Virus record (IMG/VR): IMGVR_UViG_3300033519_000251
Span: 1 to 47,497 of that record
Origin: a virus
Lineage: Duplodnaviria > Caudoviricetes
Strand: one strand, 5' to 3'
Length of the DNA: 47,497 nucleotides
Shown here: piece by piece, positions 37,101 through 45,103 of the stretch
Numbering within the stretch: position 1 is the first letter of the stretch
Layout: the number at the start of each line of letters is the position of its first letter
The notes under the pieces: generated by a model
The model's database searches: none
The model's input: the letters and a program-made list of their open reading frames with translations, nothing else
Told to the model about the DNA's origin: nothing
Program-made: the position numbers and the translations under genes

Positions 37101-37124
37101 ACAATAAGTAATGGAAAGTATTGA
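34110..37124 (+). CDS. Primase-helicase (Zn-finger, TOPRIM and P-loop NTPase)
   Basis: CPKC...CFSC; IQEGEKK, VLDAD, KGIDD; Walker A NGRTGKS and Walker B VFLDD. Confidence 0.9.
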   Translation: MISPEKKQEVLRVARIEDVVAKYYDLKKSGASLYTTCPKCGKSGKGKGLIVTKSKQVYKCFSCDFAGNNAITFVMETQAIGFIDAVKQVAEMYNISLDERPEPKGPQKRGGNLPESFRNIQLRQSGLDENDQKATVFVADDTEKIVDTIVSGTRNDYGVITEDTGDDMIIWYYDLEGKPVEFLAPKHKKTEHLWRIRWQNPDIHCDKSGNPMKYSSPYGSGTHLYIPEILRKMYKEGRIIKRLYIQEGEKKSIKACKHGMPSVGIMGIHALGSHGQLPYDMQLIIKRYQVTEIIFVLDADWDELSHSIQTGSKVDSRPWSFFNAVKSYKEYIKGLVNGGFYLEIYFAHIKANEKKDKGIDDLLTNTLKGNEHELFEDFEKSINLKDGAGKYIDLHKITTTSDGKLMELWSLQSAESFAERYREQLEEIKEFKIGKHLWRFGENKKLELAQPLHDDEIFWSVVNNRDRSGNDKQTITFDYENAYNFLRNRGFGRIMMANGQYFFCHLDGKIVEIVEPFQVKDYVLEIMQEICPKDVRNMLYRGGRMYLGPESLGSLRYFIPEFAKANQTSQRLFFKNKYWQISAGGIEEKAITNLDYHVWRDKIIDFDATKLAEPIVKVEKRDGNFIIKFSKDGANCHFARFLFNSSEFNWRKFINPETREKIMDERTAEERFETNMHFVSKMTAIGYLLHKFRDKSCEKAVIAMDGKISEVGESNGRTGKSLLGFAIGQMIPQSYIPGKSKNLTEDPFIWEEVTEKTDNVFLDDVRTNIDFEFFFPIITGRITINVKGKKKFTLTDEQTPKLFLTTNHAINGDTSSFRDRQAIIVFSDFYNETHKPVDDFGTNFFVEWDKIQWNLFYNFMSDCLQLYFMARDNGWGQSGSGLVLPPIERIEMRRMRQFIGEDFLSWANEYFGISDFDSPEDLKQVNSANLNVPIPRQELFNNFLDKNPFHRKHTTAYRFKKKITTWCKFRGLLFNPLNFDNQGRPGADDKSGGVENLTISNGKY

Positions 37125-37146
37125 TGTTTAACTAAAAAACAAAAAC

Positions 37147-37359
37147 ATGATACCAGAAAAATTTTTAGAGAAATGCACGGGAGGCACATTGAATTTTAAA
37201 CATGCCCAGTATTTTACTGCAGACGATATGTTTTTTTTCGCCAACTCATACCACCAGCACGAACTAAACCACACCGACCCGCTACCGCCAAAGCGCGAAC
37301 TGCTTTCGCCGGGCAGCTACGAAAGAAAAAAAATGATTGAAAATGATTGGGATTATTAA
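37147..37359 (+). CDS. Hypothetical protein
   Basis: 70 aa with A-rich leader. Confidence 0.6.
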   Translation: MIPEKFLEKCTGGTLNFKHAQYFTADDMFFFANSYHQHELNHTDPLPPKRELLSPGSYERKKMIENDWDY

Positions 37360-37375
37360 AATTAAGGAGGATAAC

Positions 37376-37549
37376 ATGCCTAAAAAAACACCACAGCAAG
37401 AATTGGATGATATCGCAGGACAAATTATGAAAACCCTGATAGGATTTTGTATTAAAAAAAAGATCGAAAACCCATTATTACGTATTACTGCCGATGTTAA
37501 TGATGGCAGCAAGTATATGTTAATTTTTGAGCGGGTTGATTTGGAATAA
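37376..37549 (+). CDS. Hypothetical protein (start MPKKT)
   Basis: ATG at 37376, in frame with track ORF 37337. Confidence 0.55.
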   Translation: MPKKTPQQELDDIAGQIMKTLIGFCIKKKIENPLLRITADVNDGSKYMLIFERVDLE

Positions 37550-37575
37550 AATGTTTTACTAAAAAATAGAGAATA

Positions 37576-37845
37576 ATGGAACAATTTAATTTTGAAAAAA
37601 AACAAGCAAAGAAGTTGAAGAAACTTCGCCGGAAAATTGCACTCAAAGCAATGCAGGCACTTTTAAAGCAAAGCGTAACGAGTTGGAAAGATGGTGATAG
37701 TAATGCTGAGTATATGTCTGAACCGGTTTATCGTATGAAATTTATGGCTCGGGCTGACAGTGATTCTAAACACCTTATTAAAGATGCTTTTGAAATTGCC
37801 GATGAATTTATCAAACAGGAATCAGAAAAGGAGGCTACGAAATGA
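37576..37845 (+). CDS. Hypothetical phage protein
   Basis: IALKAMQALL...AFEIADEFI pattern that I recognise from small phage proteins. Confidence 0.75.
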   Translation: MEQFNFEKKQAKKLKKLRRKIALKAMQALLKQSVTSWKDGDSNAEYMSEPVYRMKFMARADSDSKHLIKDAFEIADEFIKQESEKEATK

Positions 37846-38105
37846 AAACCACAGTAACAGCAATCTTCCCGGGAGGAATTGGCGAAGTTGAAATAAGCCG
37901 TGAACGTGCAGATCAGATTTTGAGACTGCAAAAGATCATCAGGAAGCAAAGGGATAAAAATTCCATCGGGATAACATCTTTACCAAATAACCTTCCATTA
38001 GGAACAAAAATAAAATTACGCGATGGAGAGGTTTATCAGTATCAGGTAGAAAATAAAACTGGAAAAATTGATATTACAGATGCACCTAACTTAATAATAA
38101 TTTGA
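37842..38105 (+). CDS. Hypothetical protein
   Basis: ATGA overlap. Confidence 0.65.
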   Translation: MKTTVTAIFPGGIGEVEISRERADQILRLQKIIRKQRDKNSIGITSLPNNLPLGTKIKLRDGEVYQYQVENKTGKIDITDAPNLIII

Positions 38106-38106
38106 A

Positions 38107-38535
38107 ATGAAAATCACAATCGAACTCGAAACAATTGATGAATTAAGAGAGCTTATGGCAGTTAAGGTTAAAGAAGAACCTGGTACACCACTGGACCGTT
38201 TTTTACAGGAAATTGAAAGAGGTGAGCCGGTTCCTGGTCCATGGTCGGTTCCAACCGCAGAGCCTATTGCCGAAACAAGCGTAAAACCACGCAAGCCTCA
38301 AAAAAATGTAGGCGATATAATTTGCACGGTTTGCGGCAAACAATTCACCGGACGAATAGACAGTAAATATTGCTCAAGCAAATGCTATCATAAAGTTTAT
38401 GATAAAATGCGCAAACCCAAAAAAGCTATCGAAACCGATGATGCACGTTACCAGAATAACCTTGAGAAATGTAAAAAAGACATGAAGCAAACAGTAGCCA
38501 GGCCGGAGCATCATCACTTATCACATTCAGCGTAA
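38107..38535 (+). CDS. Zn-finger hypothetical protein
   Basis: CTVCGKQF...YCSSKC. Confidence 0.75.
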   Translation: MKITIELETIDELRELMAVKVKEEPGTPLDRFLQEIERGEPVPGPWSVPTAEPIAETSVKPRKPQKNVGDIICTVCGKQFTGRIDSKYCSSKCYHKVYDKMRKPKKAIETDDARYQNNLEKCKKDMKQTVARPEHHHLSHSA

Positions 38536-38550
38536 ACAGGAGGAAACAAA

Positions 38551-38799
38551 ATGAACATAGAACCATATCAAGTAACTCAATCATGGCGCACAACTACCTA
38601 TGATTGGAATACTAAAAAAATAAAATGTTACCCGGTTTTTTATGTAAAACAAACCGAAAAAGGAAGAACAAAACGAGTCTCATTAACTGAAGGGATTGAA
38701 CTAATCAAAAACAAATCGTGCGGGCTTACCGGCGATATGAAAGTGTGGATGATGGAAAATGGTTATGGTGAAGTTGTAAAGGAATTACTCTATTCATAA
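38551..38799 (+). CDS. Hypothetical protein
   Basis: 82 aa in operon. Confidence 0.65.
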   Translation: MNIEPYQVTQSWRTTTYDWNTKKIKCYPVFYVKQTEKGRTKRVSLTEGIELIKNKSCGLTGDMKVWMMENGYGEVVKELLYS

Positions 38800-38800
38800 T

Positions 38801-39049
38801 ATGGAAAATACCGTTCCCACACTTGTAGTAAGGCCAACTAATCGGGATAATGTAACAAAGATTTTTGAGAAAATGACCCCGATACGAAGACAAATCAATT
38901 TTGAAAATTACACCAAACTGATTGACGTAGAAGAAGGCCGGTTGGTTTCGAAGGTGCGCCCTAATGGTTGCTTTTTCTGCACGAATTTAAAATGGCCACG
39001 CTTTCGCGTGGCCATTTTTTTTTGCACTAATCTTTTCCAAATTTTATAA
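38801..39049 (+). CDS. Hypothetical protein (3' end uncertain, runs into repeats)
   Basis: 82 aa; C-terminus contains a duplicated FFCTNL. Confidence 0.45.
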   Translation: MENTVPTLVVRPTNRDNVTKIFEKMTPIRRQINFENYTKLIDVEEGRLVSKVRPNGCFFCTNLKWPRFRVAIFFCTNLFQIL

Positions 39050-39327
39050 ATGGCTGACATATAGTATATTATTATTTTTATTACCGCTTTATTATGAAAA
39101 TAGACTTATCAAAAATGCTGAAAAAATTCGTGCAACAGTGCGCACAAATATACTGTTCCACTATATGAGGCGGTTGGCGCGGCTTGTAGCCGACTGTTTT
39201 TCGTACTATTTTGCACGAATCCGTACTGTTTGCACGAATACCCGTTTTTGTACGGTTTTAAAAATGTTAATCTATTGATATTCACCGGGTATAAGTATTA
39301 AGCGCACTACTTGCACCCCTGCACGAA
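38978..39327. repeat. TGCACGAA iteron-like cluster (candidate replication origin)
   Basis: Direct copies at 38978, 39212, 39231, 39320; inverted at 39127; variant at 39023; AT-rich stretch ~39055-39125. Confidence 0.6.
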
Positions 39328-39444
39328 AATTTTGGTAGTTACAGACAAGTCTCCAGTGGCGTGCGTGTGTGTAAAAATCCACCCATATTTACCCTTCCTG
39401 CCGGTTTATTTATGTTTAATGAGACCGGATAAATTCAATTTTTT

Positions 39445-39466
39445 TATCTTTGCCTTGCCGCGACGG
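39445..39466 (+). promoter_or_regulatory. Consensus Bacteroidota -7 box followed by the TGCCGCGACGG motif
   Basis: TATCTTTG at 39445-39452; motif at 39456-39466, 20 nt before TTG 39487. Confidence 0.7.
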
Positions 39467-39486
39467 GAAATTAAAACGTTCCCGAA

Positions 39487-40029
39487 TTGCCATCACCCGT
39501 AACAGTTAAGCTCAAGATTAAGCCGTACCTCAAAAAATATCTTATCGGAAAAAGTATTAATAAAGAGGAACCTCTTTTGTTCGACCGTAAAGATGAGTTT
39601 GGCGATATTATTTTTAGCTGCCTTACAAATCACGATCAGCAGAAATTTCTTTCGATTAACGATAAGGAATTCGTTTATGCCTATTTTAATCAACGATGGC
39701 CAAGAGGTGAGTGGTGCGAAATCCAACTTCCATACAACCGGAATTTTAATGTGCTTTACAAAAACTATTTATCTGATCATAACAATCGGATAATAGTAGA
39801 TGAAATTACATCCCGTTTTTATCTCGAACTTAACAAGTACCTGGTTTTTAATATTGATAAAGGCGTACATCGAAAAGTTATTTTACATCATTTTTTAGGC
39901 CTTTACAATATTACCGAAGATGATGTGAATTTTGACAGCATTTACCGGCAATCTTCACGAATGTTGGAGTGCAAAATAAGAAAATTTTATTATTTATTTC
40001 GTCACATAAATGCCCAATTTGTCCTATGA
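39487..40029 (+). CDS. Hypothetical protein, candidate late-gene activator (TTG start)
   Basis: 180 aa with its own promoter, between the replication and head genes; function inferred only. Confidence 0.6.
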   Translation: MPSPVTVKLKIKPYLKKYLIGKSINKEEPLLFDRKDEFGDIIFSCLTNHDQQKFLSINDKEFVYAYFNQRWPRGEWCEIQLPYNRNFNVLYKNYLSDHNNRIIVDEITSRFYLELNKYLVFNIDKGVHRKVILHHFLGLYNITEDDVNFDSIYRQSSRMLECKIRKFYYLFRHINAQFVL

Positions 40030-40535
40030 AAATTAACCGCCATTCAGGCTTCAATTTATCCGGTTTGTGCCGGGTTAGATTTTGTTTAACCTCGAAGGTT
40101 AAAAGAATATCATCACCGGACGCCGATCGCCTGGTGAGCGTCGAACTGAAAAACAATTCAGACTTCGACGAAATTTACTTTACGCCAACTGCCGAAGATG
40201 TAAGCATCGAAGCCCGCAAAGACCAGGGCTATGATGTAGAAGTTAAGCTGATCAATCCAAAGCTAAGCGAAGCCAACGCCAAAACCTTTTCCGACCTTGA
40301 GCAAAAGGATTTCATCTTTCTGCTCACCGACCAAAACGAATCGGTGATGCTGGTTGGCTCGGTTGAATCTCCGGCCAGGTTAACTTACAAAATGAACATC
40401 CCTGGAGCGGGCAGGAACCAGCGAACGGTTGTTGTTGACGCCATCCACGACGTTGAACCGTTTTATGTAGCCTCGATGGTAACAACAACGGGAGGCGCTT
40501 TTTCGGATGGTTTTAGCGAAGGTTTCGACATTTAA
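40026..40535 (+). CDS. Phage structural-type hypothetical protein (start MKINR)
   Basis: ATGA overlap; beta-rich; C-terminal GAFSDGFSEGF. Confidence 0.65.
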   Translation: MKINRHSGFNLSGLCRVRFCLTSKVKRISSPDADRLVSVELKNNSDFDEIYFTPTAEDVSIEARKDQGYDVEVKLINPKLSEANAKTFSDLEQKDFIFLLTDQNESVMLVGSVESPARLTYKMNIPGAGRNQRTVVVDAIHDVEPFYVASMVTTTGGAFSDGFSEGFDI

Positions 40536-40547
40536 CGGCTGCTGCAA

Positions 40548-40582
40548 GTCCTTTATTTAGAACGTTTCTGCCTTTAACATTG
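40548..40582 (+). promoter_or_regulatory. Putative late promoter 4
   Basis: GTCCTT-N21-TAACATTG. Confidence 0.7.
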
Positions 40583-40602
40583 CACCAGATAAATCTGATG
40601 CA

Positions 40603-41475
40603 ATGAACTTTTCACATATTCTCTCTGAAATCCTTCGCGGCCAATGGGCCATCGAGCCACAAACGGCGCTGTCGCACAGCTCGCTTGTGGCTTCGCTTAT
40701 TTCAGGCAAATCAGAAAACTTTCAGCCACGCTCCGAATTTCTTCATTTAGTTTCGGCAGGTTCCGGTATCGTTACTTCAGATAATTACAAAGATGCCCCG
40801 GCAGGTTCTGTTGCCATCATCCCCGTAAAAGGTACCATGATGAAATATGGCACCATGTGCAGCTATGGCACCGAAGAAATTGCAGCTATTTTCTCGGCTG
40901 CGATGGCCTCAAAAAAAATATCTGCCATTATCCTGGATATTGATTCAGGAGGTGGTGCAGTAAATGCTATCGCACCACTTGCCAACCTTCTTTCGTCAAA
41001 ATCGAAACCTGTTGTTGCTTTATGCGATACGGCTGCCAGTGCAGCTTATTATGTCGCTTCAGGCACCGACCATATAATGGCCGACAACAACCTTTCGTCA
41101 GGATTTGGTTCGATTGGGGTTGTTACCTCATTTGTAGATATGCAGCCTTACTGGGAAATGCAGGGTATAAAATTCCATACCATCTACGCAAAAGAGAGCA
41201 AAGACAAAAACCTGGCATTCGAAAAAGCCCTGAAGGGCGATTATGAAATGATGCAGGACGAGATCCTTTCGCCACTTGCCAGGCAATTTCAAAACCATGT
41301 TAAACAATCCAGGGCAACGAAACTTAAATCCGAAACCCCCGGGATACTCACAGGCAAAATGTTTTTTGCCGAAGATGCCCTTGAGAATGGCCTCATTGAT
41401 TCGATTGGCAATATGCAAAAAGCCATCGAAAAAGCCCTGTTGCTTGCCGACGTAAAAAAATTCATGAATTCTTAA
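40603..41475 (+). CDS. S49 (SppA-type) prohead maturation protease
   Basis: ILDIDSGGG, AASAAYYVAS, GSIGV, ALENGLIDSIG. Confidence 0.92.
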   Translation: MNFSHILSEILRGQWAIEPQTALSHSSLVASLISGKSENFQPRSEFLHLVSAGSGIVTSDNYKDAPAGSVAIIPVKGTMMKYGTMCSYGTEEIAAIFSAAMASKKISAIILDIDSGGGAVNAIAPLANLLSSKSKPVVALCDTAASAAYYVASGTDHIMADNNLSSGFGSIGVVTSFVDMQPYWEMQGIKFHTIYAKESKDKNLAFEKALKGDYEMMQDEILSPLARQFQNHVKQSRATKLKSETPGILTGKMFFAEDALENGLIDSIGNMQKAIEKALLLADVKKFMNS

Positions 41476-41494
41476 CCAACACCCAAAAAATAAA

Positions 41495-43108
41495 ATGTTA
41501 GAGAAATTTAAATCAATCGCAATGACCATACTTGGGATCGCAAAATTCGACACCAAGGATGGAAAAGTGGTTCTTTCGGATGATCAGCGAAAAAAACTCG
41601 CTGACGAATTGGGAGCCGACTTTGTAGAAAAATTCAATCAGGCAGTTGACAAACAACTTGCCGACACTTCCGCACAGGATCAGGCCGAAGCTTTAAAAGC
41701 TTTGCTTGATTCAGTAAAAGCCGAAAACGCAAAACAGATGCAGAACATGCAGGCTGATTTTGATGCCTTTAAGAAGGATGCAGATGCCAAAATTGAGAAG
41801 TTGAGCAAAGCTCCCGAAGCCGACGACATTATTCCAGAACCAACCACAGGAGGGGAAAAAGTGCCTTTTAAAATCAACATGAAGCACGCCCACAACCGCT
41901 GGGCCGAAGCTAAAATGAAAGCCGAAGGTGGCGATATCGTGATGACAGGAACCACGATCGATGTTGGTGACCTGAAAACCGAGTTTGGAACGTACATCAG
42001 CCAGACCGACCGCCCGATTGTTGCGACGCTTACAGCTCCAACAAAATCAGAAGAGTTCATGACAACGAAGGTTGCCATCGAATACTGGAGAGCATCTAAA
42101 TCCGAAATCAATTCGGTGGTACAGCAATTCGTTGCCAAATGGACGCCTTTGGGAAAGGCTGCATTTACGCCCATCGAAATCCAGAACCGCCGTCACAAGA
42201 TCAACGTCCCGATTACTCCGGACGAAATCAACCTTTCATGGTTGTCTTTCCTGTATGATGAAAGATTGACTCCGGCTGAAATGCCAATTACCAAGTACAT
42301 CATCGAAAAGCTTATCCGTCCAAAGGTTGCCGAAGATCGTGAACTTCGTCTGATTGGTACCGGTGTTTATTCGACAACCGGACTTAACGATGCTGATGGT
42401 GAAGCCGGACAGCCAACAGGCCGCTCGATGGATGGTTTCCTTACCATTCTCAAAAAGATGTATGAGGCCAAGCTTACCACTTATGCCAACGTTAATTTCG
42501 TAAACTTCAGTGGTGTTCCGGTAACGTCTGCCAACATCCAGGATAAGATGGAAGAATTCGTTGATTCGATTGACGAAATTCATCAGTCAATCCCGATGAA
42601 CATCTTCACCTCGCAAACACTGTATCGCCAGTACAAACGTGCTTATCGCGACGCCTTCCCGGTTACTAAGAATTCCGATGGAGCAGGTGATGAGATTGAT
42701 TTCTCAGTACAGCGCTTACAGCCGCTGCCATCCATGGCTAGCGCAAAACACTTCTTTGCTACGCCAAAAGAAAACTTTATCCGCCTTCGCAACCTGAACG
42801 ATGGCGCAAATAAGATTTTCATGCAGACCGAAAATTACGACGTGAAAGTTTTCGCCGAATGGTGGGAAGCAGTTGGTTTCGCTATCCAGGAAGCCCTGTA
42901 TGTTTACATCGATGCGCTTTCGCTCATCAACGAGTACCGTGCTGCCGATGATGCAACCAACCTTACAACCTACATGCTCGAAGATGCCGGATGCACTGCT
43001 GTTTCTTCGGCAGAACTTGCCGGATATAAAGCCGCTGTTGCTGCTGCAACCGTGGATTATACTGCTGCTACCTTGCAAACCATGGTAACTACCGTGAATG
43101 CTGCGTAA
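41495..43108 (+). CDS. Major capsid protein with N-terminal scaffold-like coiled coil and C-terminal Ala-rich extension
   Basis: Follows the protease; SMDGFL and EWWEAVGF; 537 aa. Confidence 0.8.
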   Translation: MLEKFKSIAMTILGIAKFDTKDGKVVLSDDQRKKLADELGADFVEKFNQAVDKQLADTSAQDQAEALKALLDSVKAENAKQMQNMQADFDAFKKDADAKIEKLSKAPEADDIIPEPTTGGEKVPFKINMKHAHNRWAEAKMKAEGGDIVMTGTTIDVGDLKTEFGTYISQTDRPIVATLTAPTKSEEFMTTKVAIEYWRASKSEINSVVQQFVAKWTPLGKAAFTPIEIQNRRHKINVPITPDEINLSWLSFLYDERLTPAEMPITKYIIEKLIRPKVAEDRELRLIGTGVYSTTGLNDADGEAGQPTGRSMDGFLTILKKMYEAKLTTYANVNFVNFSGVPVTSANIQDKMEEFVDSIDEIHQSIPMNIFTSQTLYRQYKRAYRDAFPVTKNSDGAGDEIDFSVQRLQPLPSMASAKHFFATPKENFIRLRNLNDGANKIFMQTENYDVKVFAEWWEAVGFAIQEALYVYIDALSLINEYRAADDATNLTTYMLEDAGCTAVSSAELAGYKAAVAAATVDYTAATLQTMVTTVNAA

Positions 43109-43115
43109 AAATATT

Positions 43116-43151
43116 TAAGGTCCGTTCCGCCTTTTGGCGGGACGGCCTTAA
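43116..43151 (+). terminator. Strong hairpin after capsid gene (no U-tract; attenuator or stabiliser)
   Basis: TAAGGTCCGTTCCGCC-TTTT-GGCGGGACGGCCTTA. Confidence 0.55.
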
Positions 43152-43174
43152 CTCACCTTTAAAATTTTAAGGAA

Positions 43175-43990
43175 ATGACATACGTAAAAACAAGCGTACC
43201 AAAGCCAGGAGCCAACAAAGGACTTGGCGGTAATAAAAAATACAACATCACTTTTTTTGACTTTGATGATGTAGCTACCTTTCCAGCACGTGATGCCAGT
43301 GGCATTGTAATTGCCGGAAATATCGAAATGAACCCGAACGCCTACATGATTACCGTGTATGGTACCATCGACACGATTAAAAATAATTCAGAGTCTGGTG
43401 GCGATATCGACGCTGAAGGAATTACCCAATCGGTTATCTTTAACCATCCTGGTAATGAGGTCGAAATTCGGGAGTTTCGCGCAAACTGGCTTAGCCGCAA
43501 CATTGGAATCCTTGTTGAGCATTGTTCCGATTCGACCGTTGACCTTTACGGCTCTCCGTGTGCTCCTTTGCGGATGGCCTTCAAACATGATGAAGACAAA
43601 GACAAAAACTCAACCGAGTTTACTTTGAAATCGTCGAACAAAGGCCCTGACGTTGCCGACTATCAAGGAACGATTACTTATGCTGATGTTGTTGCAACCA
43701 TTGCTGCTGATGCAACTTCCATTAACCTTGCAACAGGTGCAGGACGTTATCAGCTTACGGATGGTAGCGCTGCTGCTGTAACTGTAACCACAGCTACAAA
43801 TGCAACTTCCGGAATGAAGTTTACGCTTGTTGGTTCGGGTGGGACATACCCAACCACAATCACAAAAGCAAACGACTTCCTGCTTGCAAACGGAACAACC
43901 TGGACAGCTCTGGCAGGTTCAGAAATCACATTCCAGGCTTTCAAATCGGATGCCGCTGCATGGAATTTTATCGAACTCTCACGGAAATAA
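43175..43990 (+). CDS. Major structural protein, probably tail tube
   Basis: Follows the capsid gene; beta-rich; FNHPG and LYGSPCAPL; Ala/Thr-rich C-terminal domain. Confidence 0.55.
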   Translation: MTYVKTSVPKPGANKGLGGNKKYNITFFDFDDVATFPARDASGIVIAGNIEMNPNAYMITVYGTIDTIKNNSESGGDIDAEGITQSVIFNHPGNEVEIREFRANWLSRNIGILVEHCSDSTVDLYGSPCAPLRMAFKHDEDKDKNSTEFTLKSSNKGPDVADYQGTITYADVVATIAADATSINLATGAGRYQLTDGSAAAVTVTTATNATSGMKFTLVGSGGTYPTTITKANDFLLANGTTWTALAGSEITFQAFKSDAAAWNFIELSRK

Positions 43991-44014
43991 CCCGACATAG
44001 AGATTCTTTCATCG

Positions 44015-44043
44015 AAGCCCCGACGTGTCGGGGCTTTTTTTTT
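44015..44043 (+). terminator. Intrinsic terminator
   Basis: AAGCCCCGAC-GT-GTCGGGGC followed by T9. Confidence 0.85.
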
Positions 44044-44098
44044 CATGAAGTACTATGCCCGCTTCGCTTTGTTTATCCCGGCTTTGCCTTTGTTTTTT

Positions 44099-44133
44099 GT
44101 CCTTGCTGCAATTGCATTGTCATTGCATCTTTG
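44099..44133 (+). promoter_or_regulatory. Putative late promoter 5
   Basis: GTCCTT-N21-CATCTTTG; ATG 4 nt downstream. Confidence 0.7.
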
Positions 44134-44137
44134 AAGC

Positions 44138-45103
44138 ATGAAAGAAAAAATACAGCAACCAACTAAGCATGTTCCTCTTGTGAGGAAATATCCGAAATAC
44201 GGAAGAAATGAACCTTGCCCTTGTGGTAGCAATAAAAAGTTCAAGCATTGCTGCGAGCTTGCTTACAAGTTAAACTTAGCAAAAAAAATTACACAATTCA
44301 GACAAAATCACATGAATAACGAAATTATCAAGTACCTGAAAACAGACCGCAGTTTTGCCTCAGGTGCAAAGCTGTATCATAAGCTCGGTCACAACCTTGC
44401 ATTAATCAAGAAATTCAACCTTCAGGGAGAAAGCAAATCCAATCTTGACATGCTTCATTACCAGCTCTGGAAACTGACAGGATTGCCCGAAAAAGAATTT
44501 AATGATATCATGATGCAACCAGTTTCAAAACCAAAAGAACCTGAAAACATCCTGAAGCAAATTGTTGACGCATCTAACACCGAACAACAAACAACAAACA
44601 CCGAACAAATAATTTCAGTTACAGATGCCGTAAAATTCAAACTCCGGGAAGAGTTCCCATTCCTGGCTGACAAATCCTGCCCTGATGCCTTCAAGATCCT
44701 GGTTGCCGACATGATGACGGCTCATGACAATTATGTGAAAGCTCACGAAGAGTTGTTCAACATCACAACCGAGCAGGAAGCCTTTGATGCTGCCGACAAA
44801 CTGATTAATAACTACCTGGATAACCAGGCAATCTGGAAAGAACTTAACCATTACAAAACTACCGGTGCCATCCTGGGCAAGCATCCTTACTTTCAGGATC
44901 AGATTCGCCAGAAGGAACTGACTGCCAAAAGTGTTCCTGATTTGATGATCATGTTGCGAAACATCGAACATTCGATCTGGCGGGTTACAAAAAAAATGAA
45001 AGATGATCCCAAGCCAGAGCTTGTAGCCAAGCGCGAAAAATCGATCAGGGATTATGAACGTGACAGGAAAATCATTAAAGGCCTGCTGAATATCAATGAG
45101 TAA
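44138..45103 (+). CDS. Helical phage protein with N-terminal SEC-C metal-binding motif
   Basis: GRNEPCPCGSNKKFKHCC; second possible start at 44312 (MNNEII). Confidence 0.8.
   Translation: MKEKIQQPTKHVPLVRKYPKYGRNEPCPCGSNKKFKHCCELAYKLNLAKKITQFRQNHMNNEIIKYLKTDRSFASGAKLYHKLGHNLALIKKFNLQGESKSNLDMLHYQLWKLTGLPEKEFNDIMMQPVSKPKEPENILKQIVDASNTEQQTTNTEQIISVTDAVKFKLREEFPFLADKSCPDAFKILVADMMTAHDNYVKAHEELFNITTEQEAFDAADKLINNYLDNQAIWKELNHYKTTGAILGKHPYFQDQIRQKELTAKSVPDLMIMLRNIEHSIWRVTKKMKDDPKPELVAKREKSIRDYERDRKIIKGLLNINE

Noticed and set aside
34293-37189. Long - strand ORFs (e.g. 34938..36020, 360 aa) and similar antisense ORFs over portal, capsid and ardC
   Set aside because: Shadow frames of well-supported + strand genes, with no recognisable motifs.
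40021-40055. GTCCTA as a sixth late promoter
   Set aside because: Box mismatch, no -7-like element 21 nt downstream, and it lies within coding overlap.
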